Assembly: GCA_013265495.1 (NCBI GenBank)
Contig: MU059330.1
Location: 14,021,980 to 14,085,979 of the forward strand
Length of the DNA stretch: 64,000 bases
Direction of reading: 5' to 3'
DNA from: Vicugna vicugna
Lineage: Eukaryota
The position numbers were made by a program, and so were the translations under genes. Positions 36,226-47,782 of this stretch are shown here, piece after piece (position 1 is the stretch's first letter; each line of letters opens with the position of its first letter). The notes beneath the pieces are model-generated. The model saw only the letters and a program-made list of their open reading frames with translations. It ran no database searches and was not told where the DNA came from.

Positions 36226-36777
36226 TTGCCCGAGTGGCCGTGTGGGGCTCCCACCCCCAGATCTGAGTCTGTCTCCTTGGCGACCCTAGGATGCCGCGTG
36301 GACACAGGAGGCTGCAGCCCGAACTTGGACTTGCTTTTTGCTTTTCTCTGCTCTCCTGGGATGCCCTCCCCACCCCCCACTCCCCGGTGTCTCAGCTTGG
36401 AAACTGCCCCCGGGAAGCCCCGCAGCCCAGCATCACCTCCTGCCTGCAGCCAGGACCACCCCTGCTCCTGGCCGGCCTGTCCCGACACTGACCACCGGGC
36501 TCCTTGCTGCTCCAGGACAGGCCCAGGCCCCTCTCCGATGTCGGTGGTTGGGGGTCCCACCAGCACACAGGCCAGCCTACACCCCTCCCAGTGCCAGCTC
36601 CTGCCCCATCTGTGAGCGCCCTTTCGGAGCAAAACCATTTGAAACGTGCAGGTCTGTGTTCTCTGCTGTGTCTTAAAGTCCCAGGTGGGCCGGGCCCGGG
36701 CTGCATGGCTCACACACCTGCCTGGTCGGGGGCCCAGGCCTCCGCAGTCGTGCCCCAGGCGAGGTGTCGGGGGCTCC

Positions 36778-36809
36778 TGGACCTCTCCCCATCTGGACCT
36801 CTCCCCATC
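36778..36809 (+). repeat. Perfect 16-bp tandem duplication
   Basis: TGGACCTCTCCCCATC x2. Confidence 0.9.
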
Positions 36810-38361
36810 ACTCTGCTTCTCCCTCCCCCCGGCCCCGACTTCGTGTATCCTGTGCTCTCCTGGTGAGCTCGTCCAGGTCTGGGACACCGACCACCGTCCA
36901 TGAGCCAGCAGCTCTCCTCCCGCCAAACCCCGAGCTTGTCTGTCTGTGGGTGACCTCAGCTCAATGCATCTGAACTGGACAGCTGGCTCCCATGTCCCTG
37001 CCTGTTCTAGCTACAGCCAGTCCTGCACCCTCCTCACTGGGACCCCCCACCTCACGCCTCCCACCTGTACTGCCCTCAGAAGGCCCTTGACCCCTCCGCT
37101 CCACCCACCCCCCATTGTCACTCACCTGAGTTCCCGGAACAGCCTGCCAGCTGCCCTCCTGCTTCCTGCACACCTGCTTCGGGGCACAGCTCCCCTCCTG
37201 CTCAGCCCTGCGGGGGCGCCCACATCCGCATCCCCAGCGCCTTTCAGCACCCACCAGGCCCCCAAGATGTGCCGCCCCTCCCGCTGTCCTCCTCCCCACT
37301 CTGTCCCCACTGAGGGTGCCCCTGCCTCAGGGCCTTTGCACGGCTGTCCTCCCTGTGGCATGAGCCCCACCTAGAGTGTGCAGCCTCAGCCCTGCCCCAC
37401 CACTTCATCCTGAGCCGCCTCCTCTCTGTTCTGATCCTCCTCACCTCTCTCTCCTTCCTGTTTCACCTTTTCATGGACAATGTCTCTTTTTAACTTAGTG
37501 TCCATAATTCACTAATTTTTAAAAATTCTTACTTCCCTCACTAGAGGGTGACAAACCTCAGCTGGGCAGGGCTGGTTGTGGGCGCTCGCTGGGGACGGGG
37601 TGAGTTCTCTCACTTTTGCCAGAATGACGCAGGAAGGCCAGGTGGTGGAGGCCAGCCCTGCCGCCCTCCTCTTGGCCCCCACAGGCCACTCTCCCTCATG
37701 TTGGTGGCTTTTCCGCCGTTGCCTGCATCACCCTGGGCAAGAGCGGGCTGCTCTGGGCCTGTTGTGGATGGGCCCCAACCACAGGGGCACGAGGTGGCTG
37801 CACACACAGGGCCACGTGGCAGGAGACAGCATCGCGCCTGCATCCGGGGACGTCAGGCCGCCCGTGGGAACTGAGGTTGGGGAGTTTCGCCCACAGGTCT
37901 CTGCTCCTGACCCCGGCCAACTGCCCCTCCACGTCCCGATATGTGTTTTAGGTGTTAATGATGATTTTCTGTTGAAAACTTAGACGCTTAGAATGCTGAT
38001 CAGTCCCTTGACAGTCTCATCTCTGTGATCTGGCTGTGGGCCCCGCTCTTTGCCTCAGGGTCCCTGCCGTGTCCGAGCTGCGGTGGGTGCCACGTGGCAG
38101 AGCCAGCTTCGGTTTCCTTGACTGACTGAGAGAGTCGTCCCAGGCATGTTTAAACAGCCAGAGGGAAGAGCGTGCAGCTCCTCTCCTTCCCTGCTCGGGA
38201 CGTTTCGATGACCGCGCCGGCGGGTCCGGCTGGCCTGGACCACGCGCCGGATGGGTGGGCCCCGGCCCGGTTCTCCTCGGGTCGGCGTGGCCCCTGCCGG
38301 GCTGTGGGGATCAGGGTGTGTCTGCTGCCAGCCTGGCTGTGACGTGGCGCTTCTGTTGCAG

Positions 38362-38576
38362 GGTCGTGGACGTTCTGCTCAGGGCCATCATGCGCACCAT
38401 GTGGTTCGCCGGCGGCTTCCACCACGTGGCTGTGAAGGGGCGGCAGGCACTGCCCTCCGAGGCCGCCATCCTCACCCTGGCACCACACTCCTCCTACTTC
38501 GATGCCATCCCCGTCACCATGACAATGTCCTCCATCGTGATGAAGGCGGAGAGCAGAGACATCCCGATATGGGGAA
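38362..38576 (+). CDS. LPCAT1: LPCAT1 exon 3 (VVDVLLRAIMRTMWFAGG...APHSSYFDAIPVTMTMSSIVMKAESRDIPIWG), catalytic HxxxxD motif
   Basis: Acceptor ttctgttgcag|G, donor A|GTGAGT, 215 nt; matches the tail of track ORF 38255..38584. Confidence 0.98.
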
Positions 38577-38617
38577 GTGAGTGAGCCCCCCGCCCCCCCG
38601 CTGGGAGTAAGTGAGCC

Positions 38618-38713
38618 NNNNNNNNNNNNNNNNNNNNNNNNNNNNNNNNNNNNNNNNNNNNNNNNNNNNNNNNNNNNNNNNNNNNNNNNNNNNNNNNNNN
38701 NNNNNNNNNNNNN
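38618..38713. other. Assembly gap, 96 N
   Basis: Run of N counted directly; both flanks share a repeat unit. Confidence 0.99.
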
Positions 38714-39039
38714 CCCCCCTCACTGGGAGTGGGTAAGCCCCGCCCCAGAGCACGAGCCCCCATCCTGCTGGGAGGGAACCCCCGCTTCTGGCCGGTGCAG
38801 GTCACAGCACAGGACAGCACGCACCCACGCAGGTCACATCCGCCCACGTGAAGTCGGCGCCTGGCCTTGCGTCCCTGTTCTCTGTTGTGACTTCTGTAAT
38901 ACCCTTGTGGTCTTTCTTACTAGCACACAAGTGCCCTCGGCTGTAATGTGCTGAAATGCTTCTTCAGATTCTGATACGAGCGCGTTACCTTATCACACAG
39001 AAGTTCCAGAGGCCGGGCTCAGCTCAGTAACTGTCCCAG

Positions 39040-39330
39040 TGCGTTAGTTGTAGCTGCCACCCGGGGGCGCCAGGACTGCGCTCCCGTCAGAGGCTCGTGG
39101 GGCCCCAGGCGTCCTGGGCTCGGGGCCGCCGCCTCTCCATCTCTTCACCGTCACATGGCTTCTCCTCCGTGTGTGTCCGTGTCTCTTTCAAGGACACCTG
39201 TCATGGGATTATCCAGGGTGACGCCTTCTCCGGACCCTCATTAATTCCATCCGCAAAGAGCCTTTCTTCCAGCTGAGGTCGCGTCGCGGGTTCTGGGCGC
39301 CCCAGGTCCACCACACTGCGGCCGTCTGTG
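39040..39330 (-). mobile_element. MLT1 LTR remnant, antisense
   Basis: tcttcaccgtcacatggcttctcc...aaggacacctgtcatgggatta...atccagggtga...catccgcaaagagcct. Confidence 0.7.
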
Positions 39331-40874
39331 TGCCCCTCGCTCTTCAGGGAAGATGCCTTCCCAAGCCCCATGCCCCGCACCCCACGCCGTGGCCGAGCAA
39401 GCACTGCTCAGGCTGCCTTTCGGGGGTCGGCCCACCTGTTCCCGCTTCTTCTCCCCGGGGCTCCGTCTCCCCCGTCCCCCTGCCTGGCCCAGCCTGTGCT
39501 GCCCACGTCCTCGCCCACCGGCCTCTCCACCTGTTAGTCTGAGCCAAGTCGGGTGACCAGTGTGTCACGCTGAGCACGACGGGGTGGATTCAGGGGCGGG
39601 GCTGTCTGGGCAGGAGGCAGGCAGAGCTCTGGGAGCCTCGCTGCCGTCCTGACCCCTGACTTGACCCTGAGCCGAGTGCAGAGCGGCCCCCAGTGGCCCA
39701 GCCATCGTGGTTGCCGTCCCTCTTGTCCATAAAGCATGACACTTTTGGACCTTTTGAAAGCTCACAGCTTTGGTGAAGAGGTGATTGTTGAAAATATTCA
39801 AAATGCATTCACAGTTAGATTTACAAAGGCCAGTTGAGTGATCAGACCGGTGACTTTTTCCATTTTTCCATCATCTGGTTCCTCTCTGTAGAGCCCGCTG
39901 CATTTACAAACTCTTGGAGTTTGGTGCTCAGGTCCTGATGGCAGCGCCTGCCACGCTTCCTTTTAGTAAAATGGGGGTCCGAGCTCTTGCTGCAAACGTG
40001 GCTCGGGGCTCGCGGGACGGAGGCCGTGTTTTCTTTCTGTCCTCAGAGTGCACGGTCCTCCAGGGTGAGGACCGGTGTGGTGCCACCCGAGACGCACAGT
40101 CTGGGCTCCCCATCGGCCTGAGCCCAGAGAGCCCTTCTGCTTCTCTGCCTTCAGCTTCCAGTTCATCCAAGAGGCTTAAAAAGCCTCTTCGTCAGTGTTC
40201 CCGTCTTTGCCATGTAGACAGAAAAGGGAGACTTCCAGGTCTGGCCGGTAAAGCCCACCCCGGCCACGTCTGCAGGCCCCTTCCCCCCCGCCCTCCAGGA
40301 GGGGACGCCGTGCTCGGGGCCAGACAGTGAGGAGCCTGAGAGATGGTCGGCCGGCCACTTACTTCTCCGTCCCCTTGTCCCTCTGGGCTGTTTCCCCCGA
40401 GCCCCCTTTCCTTCTCACGTCGTTTTGAGCGGCGTCAGGAATAGTTGGCAAGGAAAGGTGAAGCAGTTCCAATTCGGTGAGCAAGCGAAGTATTTCAAGA
40501 CGTCAGAAAAAAACGTCACTCAGGTCCATGTGCCTTCGATTTTGTGAGTCCCATGGCCCCAGCTTCATGGAATTTTATTCTTTTAAAAAATGTTTTCTCT
40601 TTACTTTTTGGAAGACCTCCAAGAAATCAGTCATGAAGTACTGCTCCTTGCCAGTGGTGAAAGTGCTCAGAAGGAAGCTCCAGGCACGCCCTGGGCGCGG
40701 CGAGGCGGGGCCGGGGGCAGGGCAGGTGGGCGGGGCCCGCTCACTGTCGGGTCAGAGTCTCCACTTCCGGGAAGTGCCTTCCCACCTTCAAGCCGTCCTC
40801 CGAGAGGACCGGCGCGGTGGCGCCCCGGCCTCGCCAAGGGGGTCCTGGGCTGCCACGCCCGCCTAGGACGGGGC

Positions 40875-41280
40875 CTGTGTGAGTGTCCCGGGGCCACCGT
40901 GACAGACGCCGCAGCCCGGGCAGCTTAACCTAGAAAGAAATGTACACTGTCTCACCACCCTGGGGCCAGGAGCCCAAAATCGAGGTGTGGGCAGGTCGGT
41001 TCCCAGGGAGAATCCGTCCTGGGCCCCCCCAAGCCTTTGCTGGCCCCCAGCTGTCCCGGGCATCCCCCGTTGTGGCCGCATCTCTCGTCTTCGCCTTCGT
41101 TGTCACATGGGCTCTCTCCCTCGGTGTCCGTCTCGTCTCCCTTCTTCTGGGGCCAGCCGCTGGTGAAGGCCCACCCCTGTCCAGGACAGCCTTCTCTTAA
41201 CTTGACCGCATCTGCAGAAGCTGGCACCTGGCCTAGGACGTCAGCCTGTCTTCCTGAGGGACACAGCTCAACCCACAGTG
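40875..41280 (-). mobile_element. Near full-length MLT1 solo LTR, antisense
   Basis: tgtgtgagtgtcccggggccaccgtgacaga...agaaatgtac...aaaatcgaggtgtgggcagg...gcatctgcagaag...gggacacagctcaacccaca. Confidence 0.8.
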
Positions 41281-41605
41281 GGGCTGGCGGGGTCCAAGCC
41301 TCACGCCCCAGGCCCTTCTGGTTCTGGGCCTTTCTCGCCTTCCCCGGTGACACAGGTGACCAAAGGCTCTCTGCTCCCTGGAGGGTCAGCCTCGTCCTTC
41401 TCTTTCTCCTGATGCGTCATCTGTGGAGCTGTCACTCCTGGCCCAGGAGGTTGTCAGGCTCCCTGGCATCGTCTGAGTCCACGGGACTTCGGTGGTTCCC
41501 CGACTCCCTCGTGGTCGGGCGCCTGCAGCCTCACATCTCCCTGGTCGCCGTGGGCGGCCCCCCGTCGGCCACTGCCCCACCCGAGTGCCCCTTCCTCTCT
41601 TGCAG

Positions 41606-41718
41606 CTCTGATAAAGTACATTCGGCCCGTGTTCGTGTCCCGATCAGACCAGGATTCCCGCAGGAAGACGGTGGAAGAGATCAAGAGGCGGGCGCAGTCC
41701 GGTGGGAAGTGGCCGCAG
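41606..41718 (+). CDS. LPCAT1: LPCAT1 exon 4 (TLIKYIRPVFVSRSDQDSRRKTVEEIKRRAQSGGKWPQ)
   Basis: Acceptor cctctcttgcag|C, donor CAG|GTGTGC, 113 nt. Confidence 0.97.
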
Positions 41719-42914
41719 GTGTGCAGCCCTGCTCACGTTTTGAGCAGATCTGTTCTTAAAGACGGGAACTCAGAGACTGGAGGAGAAAGAAGGCGTGTAA
41801 GGGCAGGCCTGCCCTCCCGGAGGCGGGGTTTCTTTTGCTCCGTTTTACCTTCAAGGAGGCGAATCCAAGGAGGTGCTTGGGCTCCGGAGTTTTAGCAACA
41901 AAAGAACTAGTGAAAAGCAGGGCTCAGGCATCTCGAGGTCCCAACCACCTTTATTAAAAACGAATCTTTTTGTCCGTTCTGAGTTGGAAAGAGCTGACCG
42001 CCCCGTCTCCCTGCACAGTCTCGTGCCCGAATAGTCAGTGAGCCTGCAGGGTGTGTCCACGCACTGCTGAAGCCCCGGCTGGGCTCGCCTGAGACGGCTG
42101 CCTCCCCGGGACGTCGGGGAGGCTGAGCTGGGCTGCGAGGCGGGGCCTCTGCTCACACTCCCCCCGGTCGCATTTGACGCGAGCTGTAGTTCTTGTTTGC
42201 TTTCCGCTGAGCCGACGCTGAGCAGCTGGAAATCCCACAGAACTGTGGGGTTCTGGCTGCTCAGAAGACATCGACGGCCTGGCTGGGGGCACCCACACCC
42301 GTGGATGGGCCGCCCCGGGGGCCGTGGCTTCCAGGTGCTCTGGCCGCCCCTCCGAGTGTGGGTCGACCGCCCTCCACTCAGCTCACCTGCCTGACTCTCG
42401 GGCGGGCCTGGTGGGACCCGTGCTGGCTCCAGGGCCAGGAGTGAAAGCGGCCTCACGGCTGGACCTTCCAGCACGCGGGGGAGAGTTCGCTTATGTTATG
42501 TCACTGGAAGGCAGCACGAGAGAGTAACCGAAGTCCCAGAGAGGACGGCGGCCGTAGCCGCTGGTTCTGTGGGCGTTGGCGCTGCTGGCCCAGCGCCCCG
42601 GCCCAAGGCCCCATCCTCGGCCAGGGCTCCCCGCCTGCCCCCTCTGGGCTTGTGGGGTGCCTGCCCCGGGCAGCTGTGTCCAGTCCTCGCAGCAGCCGTG
42701 CGGTGGGCAGGACCGCCGCCTGTTTGCCAGCCCCGCTGTCTACGGGGACACGAGCTGGGCTGCTTCCCGATGGTAGTAAAGCCGGTCGTCAGAGAGATCA
42801 GTGGGCGCTTCCACAGGCACGCTGCCCTGTTCAGCCGAGTGTGGTCGGAGGGTCAGAGAGGCGCTGTGAGCTCTGAACCCGCCCCTAACGCTGGTCTTTT
42901 TATTCCATTTCAAG

Positions 42915-42975
42915 ATAATGATTTTCCCAGAAGGCACCTGTACCAACAGGACCTGCCTGATCACCTTCAAACCTG
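42915..42975 (+). CDS. LPCAT1: LPCAT1 exon 5 (IMIFPEGTCTNRTCLITFKP)
   Basis: Acceptor ttccatttcaag|A, donor G|GTATGA, 61 nt, FPEGT motif. Confidence 0.97.
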
Positions 42976-43227
42976 GTATGAAGTTTTCTTATTTCCTGTT
43001 CTCCTTGAGCCCCTCACCCTGCCAGCGCACCTAGGCCTGGAGGCGCCCCCGTGCCTGTGTGCCACCGCCCCGGCTTTCTGAGTGTCCACGCGGGCACGGC
43101 GCGCGGGCACCGCCGGCCGCTGACTGGGAGGGCCTGGCGGAGAGGCCTGTTCTGTTCTGAGACCTGAGCGCGAAGGTGGGCGGAGGACCTGCCGCCCAGA
43201 AGTAAGACGGTGTCCCTTGCCCCGCAG

Positions 43228-43286
43228 GCGCGTTCATCCCGGGCGTCCCCGTGCAGCCCGTGGTTCTGCGGTACCCAAACAGACTG
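43228..43286 (+). CDS. LPCAT1: LPCAT1 exon 6 (GAFIPGVPVQPVVLRYPNRL)
   Basis: Acceptor ttgccccgcag|G, donor CTG|GTAAGT, 59 nt. Confidence 0.97.
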
Positions 43287-45064
43287 GTAAGTGTGCTTTC
43301 CTGGGCACAAGGGTCCGTGCAAATTCCCGGGGAATGAGAACTGTGCGGCGTCCCAGCGCACCGCGTTTCCGTCAACCCCGGTGTTCGGAACCTCCCCTGG
43401 CACTCGCTCACAATGTCCCACTCCTGTGGGTCAGGAAGTGGTGGCTAGTCTCGATCCGGACGTGCTGGTGTGAGACTCCTGTGCCCTCAGCCGCTCTCAC
43501 TGCCCAGCTCACATGCCAGGATGTTTTGAAATTGAGAATCTTTAAGTCCCGAAGGCCGGAGGCCCGGGGCAGCCGCTGGGACTCAGAGGTCCTGCCGGTC
43601 TCATGGGCCGGGGGGCCGGGACGAGCCTCCCCTGTGCATCTGTGACCCCCTCCAGCAGGGCCCTCAGTGGACATGGGGCTCTCTGAGCTGAGGGGTCCCA
43701 GGCTCGTGCCCCGGCCCTCCTGGGTGCAGGTGCACCGACTGTCACTCAGCAGAGGATGAAAGGTGGATTCGTTCACACTGAGCCTCCTCTGTCCACTGTG
43801 TCTTTCTGACGGTGCCAGAGAAACGTGGGGCATGGCCCGGGGGCTCTGGAGTTGCCGGGGCAGACGTGGCAGGATTCCTGTGACACCTGTGCTCACAAGG
43901 GGCTTTCGGGCCACCCGTTTCCCAGCCAAGCCTGTCGGGTCCAAGGTTTGCGCCCTGATCCTGTTCCCGTGGGTGTGGACAGGCCCAGGAGAGCGGCCAG
44001 GAAACGGAGGCCAGTCAGAACCAGCAGATGTGACTGTTCTTGTGACTCTGAAGAGGCGTGTTCATTAGCCAGTTTCTGAGAGGGAGACTCCGCCGTCAGT
44101 GTGTGGCATTCTAGATTCCCCCTTTAAGTTTTGACTTATCTGAAGCGCGGCACTGGGTCTTCTGGAGCGTTCGTCTCGGTTGTGCCCAAGCAGGATGTCT
44201 GCCTGTGCTCACAGTCTGTGTCGTGTGTTTTTCTGCTGCTTGGGGTTCGAGCCCAGACCTGCGCAGTGGGCGGGGGGAGCTGGCCAGGGAACGCGGGAGG
44301 CTCTGTGTCAGGGGGGTTGCCAGGGGCCGTGGGAGGGGTCCAGGTGGTGTCAGGCCCACAGGAAAAGGAAGCCCAGGCTGGTGACGTGACCAGTGTCAGG
44401 GGAGAATTGGAACACGTGTCACCCCTGTCCTCACCTGGGTGGCTGGTGCAGGGCTCAGGCTGAGGATGGAGAGCTGCGGAAATGCCCCCATGGGGCCCTG
44501 GACACACACGGGGTGGGGGAGATGTGGCCCAGCAGTGCTCTTTCCACCCCCTCCTGAGCCCGGGGCTGACCTGCCAGTGTCTCTGACTGAGAGTCTGGGC
44601 AGGGGGACCTTTGGGGGCACAGGTGGGTGTGGAGTTGGAAGGAGGCTGCCAACAGCGTCGTGAGGCTGGGGGGTGGTGACGGGCAGGGCAAGGCCTGCAG
44701 AGCACGTCTGAGAGTCAGGCACACAAAGCGGGCACCCGTGCCGTAGCCTGAAGGTGCCATGCATACCGGAAGGAGGGGGACAGTGGGAAAAGGGTCGGGA
44801 CTGGGTCTTAGGTGGACGCTGGAACTGGTGACCTTGCAGCTGTGGGAAGAGAGGTGAGCATGTCTGGGGGGACCCGGGGGCAGTGAGATGCGCCTTCTGT
44901 CCTGCCCCAGAGTGGACGTGAGTGATGAGGGAGACCAGCATCCCTGGGGTCCGAGGTGGGCTGAGTGGAGGGCCAGGCGAGGCGGGCTCGCCCGCAGGAG
45001 GAGGAGGGACGCGGCACATGCGGGGTTCCCAATCCAGATTCATCCGCACCTTTCTTGCCCCCAG

Positions 45065-45099
45065 GACACCATCACGTGGACGTGGCAAGGACCTGGAGC
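45065..45099 (+). CDS. LPCAT1: LPCAT1 exon 7 (DTITWTWQGPGA)
   Basis: Acceptor ttcttgcccccag|G, donor GC|GTAAGT, 35 nt. Confidence 0.96.
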
Positions 45100-45706
45100 G
45101 TAAGTCAGACCCCGTGCTGTCTTATTTGTCCTGTCCTGCGGGAAAGCGCAGGCCCGCTCGAGTGACTGCCGTGCCGATCACTGTAGCAAATGTGGACGCG
45201 GAGCACGTGGCCCGCTGCTGCTGGACCGCAGCTCGGTTCAGCCCCGTGAGGCTAATTCAGCTCTTGCAGCACGAGGCTGGCCTTTCTCACACTCCTGGAT
45301 TCCGGGACTTAACTTAATTGTCTTCAGCCCTGGCGGGAAGGTAACTGAGCACGTCTCTTCCCGCCTGTCTGTCAGCTCAGTGATCACCATCACATTTCGA
45401 CCCCAGAGAAGACAGGGGAACCCAGGACCCACCTCTTGCGTGGCTGCAAGAGGCACACAGGGGTCCAGGTGCCAACGTGTGAGCTGACGTTCAAGAGGCA
45501 GTGGTGCTGCCACGGAGGCAGGAGGTGGAGGGAGGGTGATGAGGAGAGTGGGGACTGGGAGAAGGCCTAGGGAGGAGTCCCTTTGGGGGCTCATCTCAGC
45601 TAAACAAGCTCTGCTGCTGCACAAAGGCAGGAAGGCAGGGTGCGTGTGGCCAGGTAGACAGGGCCTCGTTGATCGTACTCATTCCCTATTAAGTGGCAGG
45701 TGTCAA

Positions 45707-45745
45707 GGGGGACAGCCAGGGAGGGAGGGGGGACAGCCAGGGAGG
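45707..45745 (+). repeat. Short tandem duplication, about 22-bp period
   Basis: ggggacagccagggaggga occurs twice in succession. Confidence 0.8.
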
Positions 45746-46076
45746 GACGAGTGTCAGGTGGATGAGGGTTCCTGAGCTGGGGGCCAAGCGGGGGGCTTGC
45801 AGGGCTCACTCAAGCAGGTGCAAGCATATTTAATAAGATCAGTCAGGCTGTTTAACAGAAGGGGCTTTGCCACTCAGCTCAGCTCGTTACTGTGTTTTGA
45901 GGTTCAGATTTAGGCTGAGGAAGGCTCAGCCTCCCCCTCTGAAGCAGCATTGCCTGCTCAGTAGTGCCCTCTGCAGGGGAACGGGGTCTGCAGATTCTGC
46001 TCCCAAGCTGAGAGTAATTTGACTACAAGGAACTGAGAATCTTTTAACCAGTGGTGTAAATCTGTTTGTTTTTAAG

Positions 46077-46131
46077 GTTGAAAATCCTGTGGCTCACGCT
46101 GTGTCAGTTTCACAATCAAGTGGAAATTGAG
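46077..46131 (+). CDS. LPCAT1: LPCAT1 exon 8 (LKILWLTLCQFHNQVEIE)
   Basis: Acceptor tttgtttttaag|G, weak donor GAG|GTTTGT, 55 nt; keeps frame between exons 7 and 9. Confidence 0.95.
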
Positions 46132-47699
46132 GTTTGTAAAGATACAGTGTTACACAAGGTTCCGCTGGAATGCACCTGTGGATCCAGTGTCATCTGCATG
46201 GTTACAATGTTCTGTTTGTCTCTGTAGATACAATGTTGCACAGTGTTAATGCTGGTGTCTGTGCAGATGCAATGTCACAGGTGTTCCCCTGGATGTAATG
46301 TGACACAATGCTGTGTTGGTCTCTGCCCAGGCACCATGTTGTGTCCTCTCTCTTGCTTTGAACCCTTTCCATTTCTCATGGCTCCTTAGAGGTGCTTCCC
46401 AGTGGTTTTGCATCAATCACTTTGTGTCTCTTGTGTGACTTTTTATCCATCCAGATAGGATTTTTAAATCAACAGGAAGTTAAACCTTCATTCTTATATC
46501 ATGGTTAGCATAGCTTAAGGGCATGTGAAATTGACACACATGCAATTAAGGATTCTTTTGGCTTGTATCTCCCCCTGATCGTAGCACTGCTGAAATCATA
46601 CTGCTGAATTTATCATTCCTCCACCCTCTGTTTAATACTTGATCAGACCAGGTAGACTGCCTCCCAGTTTTCAGCCCATCTCCAAAGTCACGACACCCCT
46701 GCTCCCTGCTCAGATGAGGATGGTCCCGTTCACACGGCCTGTGAATTTCGCTGAGTAGATAAGGAATCGTTTATTTCCTTAAAAGGGGAACTAACTTGCT
46801 CCTCCTACACCTGAAAGTGAAACATGAGTTTTACACAACGTAGAGCGTTTGATTGCTGCCTCCCAGCAGGCACCAGAGTAACACTGACTTCATCAAGGGG
46901 CCCAGCCCTCAGCCAGGCTTTTCATTTCAGTAGAACATAAGCCACTTAGTTATAAAGGACTGAGCCAAAAGGGCCGCGGCCCGAGTCCAAGGGCGGCAGG
47001 CCCACCACGCGGGTGTTCTTATGTGACTTGTGGCTGGCGGCTGGGAGGCAGCGGTGGGGAGGGAGACGCTCTGTGTCAGACCTGGTGTCTAATTTCAAGG
47101 GTTGAAAAGAAACTGTATGGCTTTGTAAATCCCTCTGAATTCTTTCCTGTGCCACTCTTATCAGATGCAGTTGACATAGTTCTAAAAATGTAGCCGTGCA
47201 TGGAAGGCCGTAACTACAGGACGAGAACGGGTGGGAGGTCGGTCAGGTCTGCGCTCATGAATGTCTGCGTTAAGGGAAAGGGGCTTGGTGGTGGCCTTCG
47301 CCTTTCCTGCACGGAGTGCAGCACACTGCGTGCACGTCAGTCATGCAGCACATGCTCCCGAGGTGACTCTCTGTGCTCTCCAAATGCGGCAGGTGTCAGC
47401 AAGCTATGAGCAGCCATTTATTTAGAAACAATTTGCTGTTATCCACAACACGAAACTGAGACCTTTAGAAACGGAAGCACATGCGTGATTCTTCTGCATC
47501 CAAAGATTAAGCCTGTGTGTGAAGTTATGATACGCTGCGCTGGCTTCTGTGTCAGGGGAAGTGACAGCTTTGAAGGGGATTCTAGGGGCAGGTGCCGACA
47601 GATCTTAACTTGTCGGCCTCGCGATCGTCACTTGCGGGGCGACGGTGGGGCGGTGCTCATGGTGCTCACGCAGGTAATGCCGCTCCTCTGTGTGCTCAG

Positions 47700-47782
47700 T
47701 TCCTGCCCGTGTACAGCCCCTCGGAGGAGGAGAGGAAGGACCCCGCCCTGTACGCCAGCAACGTGCGGCGCGTGATGGCAGA
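47700..47782 (+). CDS. LPCAT1: LPCAT1 exon 9 (FLPVYSPSEEERKDPALYASNVRRVMAE)
   Basis: Acceptor tgtgctcag|T, donor GA|GTGAGT, 83 nt. Confidence 0.96.

Noticed and set aside
39057-39070. CTCF-like CCACCCGGGGGCGC
   Set aside because: Mismatch at the conserved core A and located in a GC-shifted MLT1 remnant; much weaker than the 45962 site.
47671-47699. CAG|GTAATG just upstream of the exon 9 acceptor (recursive or alternative site)
   Set aside because: Use as an acceptor adds 26 nt (frameshift), and the intron is too short for typical recursive splicing. GTAAT more likely serves as the exon 9 branch point.
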